A stretch of DNA of 64,000 bases from Camelus ferus (Eukaryota), in the NCBI RefSeq assembly GCF_009834535.1, contig NC_045697.1:11596001-11660000 (forward strand), given 5' to 3'. This document shows, piece by piece, positions 1-13,399 of the stretch (positions are counted from its first letter, which is position 1; every line of letters starts with the position of its first letter). The notes below the pieces were generated by a model. It made no database searches, was not told the origin of the DNA, and saw only the letters and a program-made list of their open reading frames with translations. Both the position numbers and the translations under genes were made by a program.

Positions 1-414
1 TTTTTTACATGTGAAATGATCTCAAATCTCTTTGAAAATATTAATTGGAATTTTCAAAATTTTATGTTTTATCACTCATTAACTATTTTCTTGGAATTTT
101 CTATTTTTTCAGATTGATTTGCTATTTTATGTTATTTAATTTCTTCAGATGGTTGGTGATTCTTGATTTCCTGTTTATACTTAGAAAGAAGATCTAAAAC
201 ACTTTATGACTACATTGGTATAAAATGAATGTAATCCAGACTTGATTATACTTACTTTTTAAGTTCTAATTTTAAAAGAAATTAGAACATTTTGTTGGCA
301 TTCTAGAAATATCATGGGCCCCAGTCACTATGCCTGTTGTACCTAGTGGAGGAGTTGGGCCCAGGTAGTAGGAAAAAAATTATTCTCAGCACATTTCTAT
401 TCTAATTACATCAG

Positions 415-1190
415 GGTCCAAGAATATACTATGCATGATTCAAATTCTTTTAACACTTATGATCAATCTTGAGGAATATTTTATGTGCAATTGGAAAGAA
501 GCATGTATACTGCTATTGTTGGGTGAAGAGTTTTATAAATGTCAATTAGATCCAATTGGTCGATGATGGTGTTCAGTTCTATATACATGAAATTTTTCTC
601 TCTATGTATTCTATCAACTCCAGAGAAAGGAGTTTTTAAGTCTCCAACTATAATTATAGAAGTGTCTATTTCTCCTTTCAGTTTTGATGGTTGTTGCTTT
701 GCATATTGTGAAATTCTAACTTTGATGTCTACGTATTTGGGATTGCTATGTCTTCTTGGCAAATTGACACTTTTGTTATTATGTAATATTCTTCTTTATC
801 CCTGATAATTTTCTTTGCTTTGAAGTCTTTGTCTGATATAAATGTAGTCACACCAGCTTTGGGGGTTTTTTAGTGTTGGCATGATATATATTTCTCTATC
901 TTTGTACTCTTAGCATACCTATATCATGATATTTAAAGTGAGTTTCTTGTAGACACCATATAGTTAAACATTGCTTTTGAATCTATTCTAACAATCTTTG
1001 TCTTTAAGTTGTATGTTTAGACCATTTACAATTAATATAAGTATTTATGTATTTGGATTTAATATTTCCATTTTATTGTTTGTTTCCTTTCTTTTTCTTT
1101 TTCTGTATTTTCCACTTCCTGCTCTTTTTTATGTTATATGAACATTTTTTAGTATTCTATTTTAATTTATACATTGTGTTTTCAGATATC
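415..1190 (-). mobile_element. Old L1 (L1M) fragment: ORF2 endonuclease start and inter-ORF region
   Basis: ORF 481..762(-) gives LKGEIDTSIIIVGDLKTPFS...IDQLDLIDIYKTLHP, matching the L1 EN motifs IIVGDFNTPLS and LDLxDIYRTxHP; frames disrupted. Confidence 0.85.
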
Positions 1191-1299
1191 TCTTTGATAT
1201 GATATAGTCTCTAAACCATTTCCAGGATCTACCAGACCTTCATACACAGATGCATAAATCTATCATGCTTAGGGAGTGTTAGAGCATTTGAGGATAAGG

Positions 1300-1640
1300 G
1301 TTATAAGTTAGAGTGCTTTGATTGCAAGTAACATAAAACCGAACTTAAATTAACTTAAATAATAATTGGAAATTTCAAAGATAGGTCAGGTTTCATGCAT
1401 AGTAGAATCAGGGCTCTAGATCCCCTTTTTGCCTTTCTCTCAGCACTTCCTGCCTCTCTGAATCCACTTTTACCTTCAGCTAGATTTTGTTTGTGGCTGT
1501 AAAAATTCTATACACTTTACTATCCAACAAAGCTCTGAGCTTCTTTTCTCAGTATCATACAATCAAAGCCTTAGGCTGCACTCATATTGAATCAACTTGA
1601 GTTATATACTCATGCCCTAGGCTATTAGGGACTGTCAAGA
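1300..1640 (-). mobile_element. Old MaLR LTR fragment (MLT1J/K-like)
   Basis: agttagagtgctttgattgcaagtaacataaaacc resembles the reverse-strand MLT1 terminus. Confidence 0.5.
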
Positions 1641-2839
1641 GCATCTTCTAGATTTTATCTTTCACACAGTGTTAAGTGGGGTCTATATCCCACCAAATCT
1701 ACACAATGGGAGATGTCCTTAAAGAGGAAGAGGGGCTGGATATTAAATATCACCTCATCTTCTTCCCCCAAAACTCATTTACATGGAAATTATTGACACC
1801 TGAGCCTCTGACACTCTGAGCTAATGGACTGCATGTTCTTTCAGCCACTGCTTGCACATTCAGCACTTTATTTTGGGGAACTAATCTCTAAGAATGTGAT
1901 AGAGGGTTGTAATTTATCAGGCAGTCAGAGCCCCCTGGTTTCACATAAAGAATCATGCATATGTCTCTAATTGTTTTCCTTAATCCAACTCAATAATCTT
2001 AGAGCTAGCTGGAAATTCATCTTAGATTCTAACAGTGAATTATCTGTTAGAGCCCATATCAAATTTGTTCTGAATTTTTCAAAAGCTGAGACAGGTGATG
2101 ATGGTCACTTCAATCAACTTCAAGAAATTTAAATTTCACAAAATGTTATTTAAAATCCCACTATTTTATTTATCTATCTAGTTAATTATTCCATAAGTAA
2201 TATAAGAAACACATTCAATAAAACAATTTTAAACTGTCTCCTGTGAATGTGAATCAATTCTTGGATAAATAAAAGTATAGGTTAAAAAATAAATCAAGAC
2301 CATATAATACAAACCAAACAAACAAGCAAACAACAAACGAGGTTAGTTACCCTTATTGTTGATAGTAATTGAATTCCCTCTAATTGAGCCTCAAATTTTG
2401 CTCTGAGCTTCCCGGCAGCCAAAGGAAAAATGGTCACATATTTGGTTACATCGTTCTCAAGTATCAAAGTATACTAGTCCTTTAAAAGAACTAATTTTTT
2501 TCATAGAACTAAATGTTAAATAAATATAAGCCTATATAGGAGTTCTGAGCATTGTAGTAAAACGTCTTCCTTGTCAACATTCCTTTAAGAAATATAATCA
2601 TTAAGCTCCTCAGAACGTTTCTTATAGTGTGTTTCAACATAAAATGAAATAACTGAAAATTATAATTAAAAATTACTCAATAAGGAGATTCTGTGAGGGG
2701 CCAAATAATATGTTGCAAGTATGTGGCTGTCATGATTTAATTTGATCTTAAGGCAAAGTTTTAAGTATCCTGATGAATACTTAGCCTCTGAATCTTTCAA
2801 ATAATCTGTTTATTTCTTCACTCAAGCTTTTGATTGTGT

Positions 2840-3120
2840 TTTATGGTCTTTCACTCAATTCTTTCAACAACCTGAAATAATATTCTTATTCCTCTAAATT
2901 ACATTTCAGGAAGTGGAAGCGCAGAGGAGTGAAATGGTTTGTTGAAGTTCAGACAGACAGCAACTGATTTGGAAGGGACTCAAATACAGGTGTTCTGATT
3001 CCAGATTAAGCAACTGCATTTGTTAAGTGCCTATTGTGTACTAGGCAGTGCTCTAGGAGTTGGAAAGAGTTGGAAAAAATACAATCCCTGCTTTCAAAAA
3101 GCTGGCAGAAAAAACAGATA
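2840..3120 (-). mobile_element. MIR followed by L2 3' end
   Basis: MIR core (aggaagtggaagcgcagaggagtgaaatggtttg), then L2 tail (catttgttaagtgcctattgtgtactaggcagtgctctagg). Confidence 0.6.
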
Positions 3121-3689
3121 CATAAAGACATGATTTTCTGTAACTTAGCTGAAACCCTTTGCTTTCACTATACTGGTGTAATACCAGTACTAGTGGAATA
3201 GATGGTTTAAGAATATAAGACTGTTGGATAAGAATAAATACTTCTGGACTTCTCATCCAGATCACGTCCTGTGTCATGTATATACACATGTTAGATTTAA
3301 AGGCTGGGAACAAAGAACTGAAAGAAACACAGATAAAAGGGACTGGAGGAATTATCATTTTATGGGGTTGCTGAGCTTCTCTTGGGAAAAAAAAGAAAGA
3401 AGATGGAAAGACATTCTATTTATTCCCAGGATTATAAAAATAACTATTCTTGGCCATACTGTGAAATAGCATTTGGTGATAAAATGTGGTTCTCATGAGG
3501 AAAGGTTTTCGAAGGTAGGTGGAAATATCTTAGCCCAAATATTTAAAATCCTGAGAAGCTACTTTGGTGCTGGTGGAATCAGTGATGATATTACATAGAA
3601 CAGTCAAGTCATGAGCACCCTACCCTGGAAATGGTTTGGTAGAAACTGGAAGAGTGTGTGTGAGGAACCCCAGGAAGTTGATTTAGCAC

Positions 3690-3892
3690 TAGTTGTTTTT
3701 GCTCATGGTTTACAAAATCATTTTTCAAATCAAATTTCATGGGAAATTCAATACATAGAACAAATCAAAGGGGAATCACTCTAGTTGACTGAATCCAGCG
3801 TGGGGGACAAGAGTCCCACCCACACTGTGTCCCCAACCCCTCCTCACTGACCACACTTCCAGGTGATCACTGAAGCACTGTTTGAAAACTGG
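3690..3892 (-). mobile_element. hAT-Charlie MITE (MER103-like)
   Basis: Ends gcactgtttgaaaactg; internal acatagaacaaatcaaaggggaatcactctagttga; a related copy lies in the opposite orientation at ~50630-50790. Confidence 0.45.
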
Positions 3893-6814
3893 TTCTGCCA
3901 ACTCAGAGGGTCACTGCTCCTAGGAATCTACAAAGTAAAAGATAGTGGTTGCTTTCTCTCCTGTGGCTACTAAAGAGCACGCTATTCACAGCCTAAAGAG
4001 AAGTACTAATAATTTACATTTTTTGTTCTTTTTTAGTTGGTCATTTCAGCTGTTCAAATGCAGACAAAGCAGACAGACTCTGTGAGCTATGCTTAAAAAG
4101 AAAATAAAAACCAGCTCACAGTAATCACCCCTCCCAAGAAAACACCCAGCAATCTTCCAGCTACTGTAACAGTAATCCCAAACCCACTATAGCGTCGAAT
4201 TGAAATATTGATTCTTCGGTTAGGTCTCCAACTTAAAATTCCAGAGCTGAGAGCTCCCCACCACACAGACCCCTTTCACAGAATCACATCACAGAGCATA
4301 CAGTGTTTCCTTAACATTAAGCTTTTCCAGGCTTTCATTTCAATTAGTCATAAAAAAAGATCAAGAAGGAAAGTATTGTCGGAAAGATTCCAGTCAGTGT
4401 TTTATTGCCTGAAACAGTTCTCAGGATTAACCATTTCACAGCAGACAGGAAATTCTGCAGAAAGAGCAATGCTTTTTCCTTACAAATACAAAGCAGAGAA
4501 AACAACACCTACTTTCTTCAAAGTGATTTATCCAACATGTTTGCATTAAGCAATCTCGTTTGTGGCATTAAAATTTTTTGAACAAGCACCCAATTTATGC
4601 CAAGAAATTATCACAAATCCAACTTTTGCTATCCTTATATTCTCATTTAGGTTCTAAGAGCAACAAAATCCCTTGACATTATTATCTCCTCTGAATACTA
4701 ATTATGTCACTACAAGTCTGTGTCTGCTAATCTTCCAGAAATAATGTGAGAATTACTGGGATGCAGTAAGAGCAGAATGAAATTAGAAACATATTTTGCA
4801 AATTTGTCAAAACTACCAGCTTTCTGAGAGTGGTAAAAGTACACATCCCAAAATTTTTTCATTAAAGGACAAATTACCCCAGTGAAGATAAATGATGATT
4901 CTCAATAGCGTACATGGAGCACAGACCAGTAGTTAAAGCAAGGCCAACATTCTGTGGCTTCTTTTATCCTTACAAAAAATTTAGTTCCCAGGACCTAGGA
5001 TTTTCATCTCAGAATACCAGCTTCAACTCCAGATAAGACCTGTTTTAATCACGCTTAATGGGTTTGGTTCCTAGGAGAATAAGAATGAAGGTGAAAATCT
5101 CCTCTCCAGCAAGGAGGAGAATAAATTTGTTCTGGGGACCAGGACGTAATCCTCCCCTCTGAGAGACGGAAAATGTTTCTTACAGCATGCTGTCTGCTAC
5201 CTCGTCAGTCCCAAATACATCTTGAATGTATGAATGACAGTATTGTTACACTCTGCTCGCCCTGGGCTGAAAACAAGAAAATCACAAACTCTTGTGCTTA
5301 GAGTAGACTTTGCCATCATCTCCTTCTGCTGCCCATTGTGCAGATGTGGAAACCAAGGCCCACCATGTTGCCAAAGACACCCACGTGGTCAGTAGAGCAG
5401 AGCCAGAAAGATATTCTCATTTGTTTCCCACATTTCTGATCAAGGCTCTTTCTTCTACTGTAGATGACAAAAATCCCACATCACCTTCAAAACAAAGTTT
5501 TAAGGATACTTCAGACGAATCTCCTTCCCTGTCTTGAGCCCACTGCAGTGGTCCAGAGTCATGTCCCCTCTTTCCAGATGCCAGGCTCTGGGGGTGGGGA
5601 TCTCTGTATCCCAGTCTGGCCCAGTCTGATGTCTCCACACTACTCCCAGCCTTTTCAACCATGCTCAAAAGTCCTTTTTTTCTACCCTATCTCTGGCACT
5701 TCACCTCCCACCTTTGCTCTATAGCATCACTGAACTGCTCACAGTATGAGGACATGCACACACACACACTCAGGCGTGCACACACCCAGCGTCAGTTCAC
5801 CCATGTGCGACTTTATTTTTGTGGTCTGTCTTGGCTGGTACTACTCCACGCCATTGTCCCTCCTGTGACTGTTCCCCTTTCCTTGCACGTTTCATGCCCC
5901 ATACCCTGGATTAGGAACCTCTACTCTCTGCTCTCCTGTTCCCAGAATTCCATCATCATCCCTGCACTAGACTCGGATACATCACACAAGACCCTTATCT
6001 AGGTTTCCATGACTCGGTTCAGCTTGTTTTGTCCCAATCTTTTAACTGGGGAACATGCAGGCATCCCATGAAAACCATGTCTGTTAACTTACAAATATTG
6101 ACACAAATAGGTGACAGGTACTTATGAAATGTTTAGACAACCTTCATGCATCAATTACGCCTCTTTTTCAACTTGGTGAATTATTTTGAATACAGTGCAC
6201 CTGTGCTCTTTCTGCTCCTCTCCAAGGAGCAGAACAGAAACTTATGACATAATTCTGTTTCTACATTTTAAAACCTGATATTAGTTATGGAAAACTGTTT
6301 TTCTTCAAAGAGTTCTATCACTGGGCTCATAAAATGTTGTATCTGAGAAGAATGAGATTCTTAATTGTGTTTTCAATGAAATATATGAATAAATAAAAAG
6401 AAAGTATTAATATTGTATCAATAGCTATGGCTATCTTCTAGAATCATGCGTGCGATGCCAAGTGCAGCTGGTTGTGTTATAAGTATCTTTTTATATGCCT
6501 GTTTCCCACACTTGATTCCAGGCTAATTGCCTGATTCAGATTGTGTGGCCAGAGCCTGGCTTAGTATCTGGCACATGATAAAAACTCAATACTTTTTGAA
6601 TGAAACATTTATGTAGTCCTAAACTCTCTGGAAAACCTTGGCTAGGCAGACATTTCCATTTCCCTATGAACCACTTTTCCTAATATTTCTTAACAAAAGT
6701 CAGTACACATTTAAATTCAAGTCATATTATATTACCAAAAAAAGTTTGTCTCCTATAACTTCCTCTCATTGCCTATATAGGCCCTTTGATAGTAAAACAG
6801 AGTAACCCTAATGG

Positions 6815-7100
6815 CTCTTCCAGATATACAAAGACTGTGGTTATTCTCTCCCAAATCTGCATTTCTTCAGCCTAATATTTCCCTATTCTTCAGTCATTTT
6901 CACTTTAACTTATCTAAGCATAATCTTCAGATGGTTGATCTCTCACTTACGACGTGCCACCCAGGGCTGCACGTAGCATTGCCTTGAACATCTGACTAGA
7001 TCCCAATTCAAAGGGATTGTCACCTCCTATGACACTAAGGCTATACCTCTGTTAATGAGGCCCAATTTCATCAACTTTTCTAATAGCCACTAAACCATTA
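6815..7100 (-). mobile_element. L3/CR1 fragment
   Basis: ttcttcagcctaatatttccctattcttcagtcatt and gggattgtcacctcc...tatacctctgttaatgaggcccaa match the recalled reverse L3 ORF2 3' region. Confidence 0.55.
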
Positions 7101-7129
7101 TTATGTATCATGATCTTACCCACTCTTTC

Positions 7130-7930
7130 CTCATTTCCTGTTTTAAGAAGAGATGGTCCTCCCATTGTTTAAGGTCAGTCTCTCTCCTCAATTCTTAACC
7201 CCATCTCATTTTACCTTTTCAAGGATTTCACACCACCACCAACCACCTCTCATACTTCCTGTACAACCTCTTCCTGTCTATAGTCCCTTCCCTGTAACTT
7301 TAAACATGCTAGAGTCTCTCATCTTAAAAAATAATATGCATCTTCAATATAGTTTCCACCCTCACCACTTCTCTAAAATTCTTTTACCAAGGTCACTAAC
7401 GACTTTTGTTTCACTAAATCCAGGGGACAATTCTAGCCTTCTATTTTGACTTCTTTGCTCCATTTAACACTGTTGACAACCCCTCCTTCTTAAAACACTC
7501 TCTTTCCTTAGCATCCATGACATTTGTCTTTCCTGTTTTCCTTCTATCTCTAGCCACAACCTCCCATTTCCCTCCATGGGCTCCTCTTCCTCAACTCCTC
7601 CTTCAGATGTGTGTGTCCCTCAGGTTTGTACCTGCAGTCTCTTCTCAATTCTCCTTGAAAAACGTCATCACTTTCTGTTTTTCCAATTATCATCTAAAAA
7701 TCTAATGTCTCTCAAATTCTATCTTTATCCCAGATCTTTCTCCTAAGCTTCAGACATCAAATAGGAAGTCAGCGCATGCTTCCTACTCATCATTGTGTGT
7801 GGATTTGCCACGCATCCCTCCAGCTCAACTGCGGCAAACTGACCTCCACTCTCCCTATTACTCTCCTCTCCTCTCGTCCTTCTTATCTCCCTGAAAGGCA
7901 GGATCAACCACCCAGTCTTCTCCAAGAGGC
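7130..7930 (+). mobile_element. L2 ORF2 (RT region) fragment
   Basis: aaggtcactaacgac...tttaacactgttgacaacccctccttcttaaaacactctcttt is a decayed KVTND...AFDTVDHSLLLETL; pyrimidine-rich L2 signature. Confidence 0.75.
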
Positions 7931-8161
7931 CGGGGGATAAGATGGGGTGTAGATACATACAACTTGTTGAACAATGTTTCACTCATTGAGGTACAATTAG
8001 GCAATGGTTTTATTTCTGCTCCACCACTGAAGTCATCCATAAACCTCCCATCCTTGGCCCTTCTTGGATGACATTTCAAGCACACTATACGTCTTGGGGA
8101 CCACTTTTAGTTATAAGAACAACCACATTGAGGTCTCTGGGGCTCACTTTCAGATCCAGGC

Positions 8162-8297
8162 ATTTTTTTTAATACGTTTTTACTGAAGTATAGTCAGTTT
8201 AGAAGTTTGTGTCAATTGCTGGTGTACAGCACAGTACTTCAGTCATATAAAAACACACATATATTCGTTTTCATATTCTTTTTCCCAGTAAGTTACT
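8162..8297 (-). mobile_element. Very short L1 3' end (lineage-specific)
   Basis: T-run then ttactgaagtatagtcagtt, the same terminus as 31385-31520; degenerate TSD agatccaggc (8152-8161) / aggtccagtc (8298-8307). Confidence 0.8.
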
Positions 8298-9539
8298 AGG
8301 TCCAGTCTTTTTAAAATCACGACTTCAATCTCTTCCCCAGGGTCAATCTTTTCCCCTTCCCTCACCCTACCCCCTCTCACCAACCCTCCTTAAGATGGAG
8401 CCTGACCCATGGACCAGGGATTTGCCCAAGAGAGGGAGACAAGCATGGTGTTGTCTTCTTTCTTTACTTTGTTCCTCTCCCCTTCTGCAGCTTCTGTGTT
8501 TCACTCCCTTCATCTGGGATAAGTGCCTTTAAGTCACAGAGTGACTCTGGGCCACCAGCCACTATCACTCGGCTTCACTTTGTTCAGAGAAAATGAGACA
8601 GTTGCAGGAAATGACCTCTAGGGGTCCTTCCAAATCTAATATTGCAAGATTCTCAGATTCTCTGACACAATACCAGTTCATTAGCCCACATTGCCTTGTA
8701 TTTGAACTCCTAACTGTCCTGTTCATATATAAGCTCATTAAAAAACTGTGCACCCATTAGGCATCTTTTTAAGTAAAAGCAAGACATGAAGAGGCTGTAT
8801 CACTTGCCCTGGGAATTCCCAACAGTAACACCAGCCAACTGTCTTGTTAACATTCTCACCTCTTGCTCCATCACCGAGGCTAGTGATGCATTTTTAATTC
8901 CATGTCACAAGTGGATCTCATATATTTTTCTTAAATCACAATCACACTTCAGGAAGGTAGGTTTTCAGCTTTACAATGTCCTTGGCAGTAATTGCTTCAT
9001 TTGCCCCTGAAATGGTGACCCATGGTCTCATCGAAACTATTTTTTTCCTTTTAAATTTCTTGACTGTCATGTAATAGTTTGGCTGTTTTGAAACCATCCT
9101 CTAGTCTTATAATATATTTATGCTATGGGATTACAAATATGAAAGTGATGTCATAGATCAAACTTTTGTCAGCAGTTGTGTGGTTTCAAATAATACTCCG
9201 TATCTAAGTGTTTTCTCTAACACCTTAAATCACAATCTCCTGTGTGAAAACATATTTCACTCAAGGTGACAGCAATCACAAATTATAAACTTGTGTGCAT
9301 GTCTGTGTGTGAGAAAGACTTACCTTAACGTAATTTTAACAGGAATAATGATGTACACAATGTAAAAGGACAAATAGTGGTCCCCGACTGCACCCTTCTC
9401 TGTAAATTCAAGGCTCTCAGTGGCAGCATCTTTCAAATCTTTTAGTAATTTCTTCTGGTATTTGATTCAGTATTTCTAAATAACATCTTTATAGCATTTA
9501 TTCTTGATTGTTCAACTTCAGACATTATCTTTTGGTTTC

Positions 9540-9938
9540 TGAGTTAGGATATATGTTTGGATGCTGTGACAGAGACTAAAATGGCAGTGCCTTAAAATAG
9601 AAGCTTATTTTTCTCTTGAAAAAATGGCAGTGCATCAAGTTAGAAAGACTTTTATTCACCTGATCCAAGATGGCTTGTCACCATGACCATATCTCATCCA
9701 GTGGTACTGGGGAGAAGGGACTGGGAAGAACATGTTTCTTCCCCTTAAAGGCACAACCCAGAAAATGTATATATCAATTTCATTTACATTCTGTTGTCCA
9801 GAACTCATGTCAAGGCTCCCACAAGGGAGGCTGGAAACCCTGCTCTTTATTCTAGGTGGCCAGACCATCAGCTAAAAATTCTCTTTTTATGGAGGAAAAT
9901 AACATCTATTGGTGGGCAACTATCGATTTCTTCCACAA
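9540..9938 (-). mobile_element. MaLR LTR (MLT1I/J-like) within old L1-like sequence
   Basis: Starts gagttaggatatatgtttggatgctgtgacagagac; ends tgggcaactatcgatttcttccaca. Confidence 0.6.
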
Positions 9939-9978
9939 ATTCCTATTTTGGAAGAAAGGTAGTTTATCCTTGTAAGTA

Positions 9979-9983
9979 ACACA

Positions 9984-10019
<36 letters not shown>
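9979..10019. repeat. (CA)n microsatellite, ~20 units with one interruption
   Basis: Directly visible. Confidence 0.95.
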
Positions 10020-10023
<4 letters not shown>

Positions 10024-10279
10024 TCCATCAACATGCATGTTTCATTCCCATCTTCCCAACATAACTGCTATATCACAATTTTGGTTAAATCTATATTTGA
10101 TGTTTACATTATGAAACATTATTTACAACTGAAGCATTAAATGGACTTCCTTTCTTGTACATCAGAACATGTATAGTATCTTAGCAATTACTTATATCTT
10201 ACTTATATTGGTCTGCTGTTTCCTCAGTAAGGCTTAATAGCTTTAAAAGAGAATTATGAATTCCATGGATCTTCAGGCT

Positions 10280-10790
10280 CAACCCATGATAGCACTGTTT
10301 ATGATGAAAAAGACAGGGAAAATTTCACACAGCAAGGGAATGGTTAGACAACTGTGGTGTTCTCACTCTGTTGAATATTATATAGCAGTGAACAGGGATG
10401 AAAAGCAGCTACATACAACAAGTTTTTTTTTAAAGTAAGTGTCAGAAGAGAGAAAGCATTTTTAAACATCTCAAACAATTGTGTTTAACAAAATGTGTTT
10501 AACAAGTTTAACTTATTTAAAAAGCTTTCTATTGTTGTTGCAATTGAACATTTTAAAAACAGTTAAATAATAAATACAAAATTTAGAATAGTGATTCCTT
10601 CTCTATAAATTCTTCTGAGGAGAGAAAAAAGGGGGATAAGATAAAAAAAAAAAAGAACACGTAATTTATGGGTAATGCTTAAACTAAATATTTTGTGGTA
10701 GAATCATGGTATTCCATATATTATTCTATTTAATAGCTTGTATAGATTATTTTGTATGTATCATATATTTAAAATAGATTATAAAAAGAA
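10280..10790 (+). mobile_element. Old L1ME 3' region
   Basis: atagcactgtttatgatgaaaaa...gggaatggttagacaactgtggtgttctcactctgttgaatattatatagcagtgaa is a decayed ORF2 end and 3' UTR. Confidence 0.6.
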
Positions 10791-10799
10791 AAAAGCAAG

Positions 10800-11430
10800 A
10801 CAGAAATGAAAATACTGGAAAATAATAGCAAGTAAGGTCAGATGCAGGTTATCAGAATTAAGGAATTTCTAGGATTCTTGCAATGTTCAAGATGCGTTTG
10901 AATAATATTGGGCTTTAAGCTAGATAAGCATGTTAAAATATTATGGGTAACAATTAAGAATAAAAGAAGCAATGTGAAGGGACTTCAAACCAGAAGAAGT
11001 CAGGAAAGAAAAAAAAAAACATAAGAAGAGCACAACAAATTAAAAAAAAATACCAAGTTAGAGGTAGAAATTAAACCAAATACATCAGCAATCACAATGA
11101 ATATAAATGAACTATATTCATCAGTTAAAAGATAGAGATTTTTGGATAAGAATTTTTTAAAAATCTAGCCAAATACTGTGTGATCACACTTAAAACAGAG
11201 AAACACAGATAGGTTAAAAGTGAAAGAATTTAAAACTAGACAGCAGGAATGTATTAAACCAAAAAAAGCTGCTTTTGTGATATGGGGGAAAATAGACTTC
11301 ACAGCAAAAAAGTATTATTAAAGTTAAAGAGGATCACTACATCATAGCAATAATTTAGTTTACCTCAAAAGTATAATAACTATAGACTACAATGACCTAA
11401 TAACATAGCCTCAAAATATACCAGGAAAAA
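10800..11430 (+). mobile_element. Old L1 inter-ORF region and ORF2 endonuclease start
   Basis: atacatcagcaatcacaatgaatataaatgaacta...agttaaaagatagaga is a decayed ISIITLNVNGLN.P.KR.R. Confidence 0.7.
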
Positions 11431-11714
11431 ACTGTCTGTGATATACAACTATCTAACTTCTCATCTAACCTCCAGAAGGATATTATTTCAATCCTAGATA
11501 CTTATTTGAACTCCATCTTTTGCCCCCACTTTGCCCCACCACACCCCACCCTGACCTGATTTCTACTGTAGGCTGTTATCTCCAAGGTTTCCACGTCAGC
11601 TAGCTTTTTTGCTGGACCAGCCAGTGGAAAGGCACTTTTATCTTTCTCTACCAAATGCCGTGTCTCTGGCAACATCAGCGTCTGCTCCCTGGTTCCAGAT
11701 TCCATCTGTTGATC

Positions 11715-11920
11715 CTCCATGATTCCAGGAATCCAACCTCCTCCCTTGGTTGCTACAGCCTAGGGGTGATAGTTGTTTCCTGCTGCTTCCAAACTCTGAG
11801 TTTCCTCACTGCTTCCTCTTTGGCTTTTCAGCCCTTCCACCACAAGAGTAACCAAGTATACGCCTACAATTTCTTTTGTTTCAAACTCTAAGAGTGGTTC
11901 CTGTTTTCATGTTTGGATCC
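11715..11920 (+). mobile_element. ERVL-type LTR fragment (LTR33-like)
   Basis: cagcctaggggtgatagttgtttcctgctg...gagtggttcctgttttc resembles the recalled LTR33-group 3' half. Confidence 0.4.
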
Positions 11921-12083
11921 CATTATTAGTTTTCTATAACAAATTGCTGCAAATAAAGTGGCTTAAGACAATGTAAATGTATTATCTCAGAGCGGTATGT
12001 GTCAGAAGTCCAGTGGGTTTGATTTCTCTGCTCTGAGTCTCATAGGGATGAAATCAAGGTGTAGCAGCGCTGCATTTCCTTCT
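11921..12083 (-). mobile_element. MaLR MLT1 LTR fragment
   Basis: attagttttctataacaaattgctgcaaataaagtggcttaagacaa...gtcagaagtcc. Confidence 0.65.
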
Positions 12084-12825
12084 CCTTTTTCCACGTTTAT
12101 TGAAATATAATTGACATATAACATTGTGTCAGTTTAAGATGTACAATGTGATGATCTGAAACATGTATATATTGTGACAATGATTACTGCAGTAAAGTTA
12201 GTTAACACACCCATCACTTCATATCATTACAATTTTTTTTACTGAGAACATTAAAGATTTACTCTCTCAGCAACTTTCAAGTATATAATACAATATCATT
12301 AATTAGTCATCATGTTGAATATTAGATTCCCCAGAACTTATTCATCTTATAACTGGTGGTTTGCACCCTTTGACCAATATCTTCCCATTTTCCCCACCTC
12401 CGAGTCCCTGGCATCCACTCATTCTACTCTCTCTTTCTATGGGTTTAGCTGTTGCTTTTTTTTTTCTTTTTTAAGATTCTACACATAAATGAAATCATAG
12501 ATGCATTGTCTTTCTGGGTCTGACTTATTTCACTTCGCATAATGCCCTTAAGGTTCACATATGTTGTTGCATAATATAATATTTACATAGGGGAGAGGGT
12601 GTAGCTCATTGGTAGAGTGTGCACTTAGCATGCACTAGGTCCTGGGTTCGGTTAAAAACAAATAAATAAACATATAAATAAATAAGTAAGCCTAAGTACC
12701 TCCACCCCCAAAATAAATAAAAATAAATATAATATTTACATAATATTCAAATATATTTACAAAATATACATTATATATATAACATTCTCTTTATCTATTT
12801 ACCCATTGATGGATACTTAGGTTCA
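12084..12825 (-). mobile_element. L1MA9-like 3' end, interrupted by a SINE
   Basis: tttattgaaatataattgacatataacattgtg...gacttatttcacttcgcataatgccc...tttatctatttacccattgatggatacttaggtt. Confidence 0.8.
12590..12725 (+). mobile_element. tRNA-derived SINE (camelid vic-1-like)
   Basis: A box tagctcattgg, partial B box gggttcg, cctaagtacctcc tail and A-rich end; perfect 17-bp TSD aatataatatttacata at 12573-12589 and 12726-12742. Confidence 0.9.
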
Positions 12826-13399
12826 GTAAAATTTCCACACATTTTTATATAGAAATTTGATTTTTTTTTTCTAAGAACATTTGTTTCAGCTCAAAGGCAG
12901 CTGTCAGGGCAGTAGTACTTGATTCAAACCCAGGCTGTGTGTCCTTAGGGAATTCACTTAGAATTTACCTGATAGTTACTGTGAGCAAGATTGAGTTGAT
13001 GCATGCAAATCACTAGGAACTGGGATGTAACAAGATCCTCATAAGTGAAAGCTGTCATGATTTTCATTATTATTTAACCTCCCTGAGCCTTAGTTTTATT
13101 CTTTAAATTAAGTGGGTACAGTAATAACCATCTGATGGAGTGATTAAATGATCATCCTGTATAGTACAGATATAACACATGTGGCACACAATTTGTAAAA
13201 ACTCACAGTTCATCCCCTCACTCCCTCCCTAGAAACCTCACTTACAGACTCACTAATTTTGTAGCTCATACTTTCACTAGAGCATTCACGGAGGATCTGT
13301 GATGGAGACAAAATGTGGTAGGGGTCAGGATTCCAGAGTTCTTTAGTGGATCTGAAACTACCCTCCTGGGTGACTTTAGGCCAGGGGCTTGGCCTTTCT

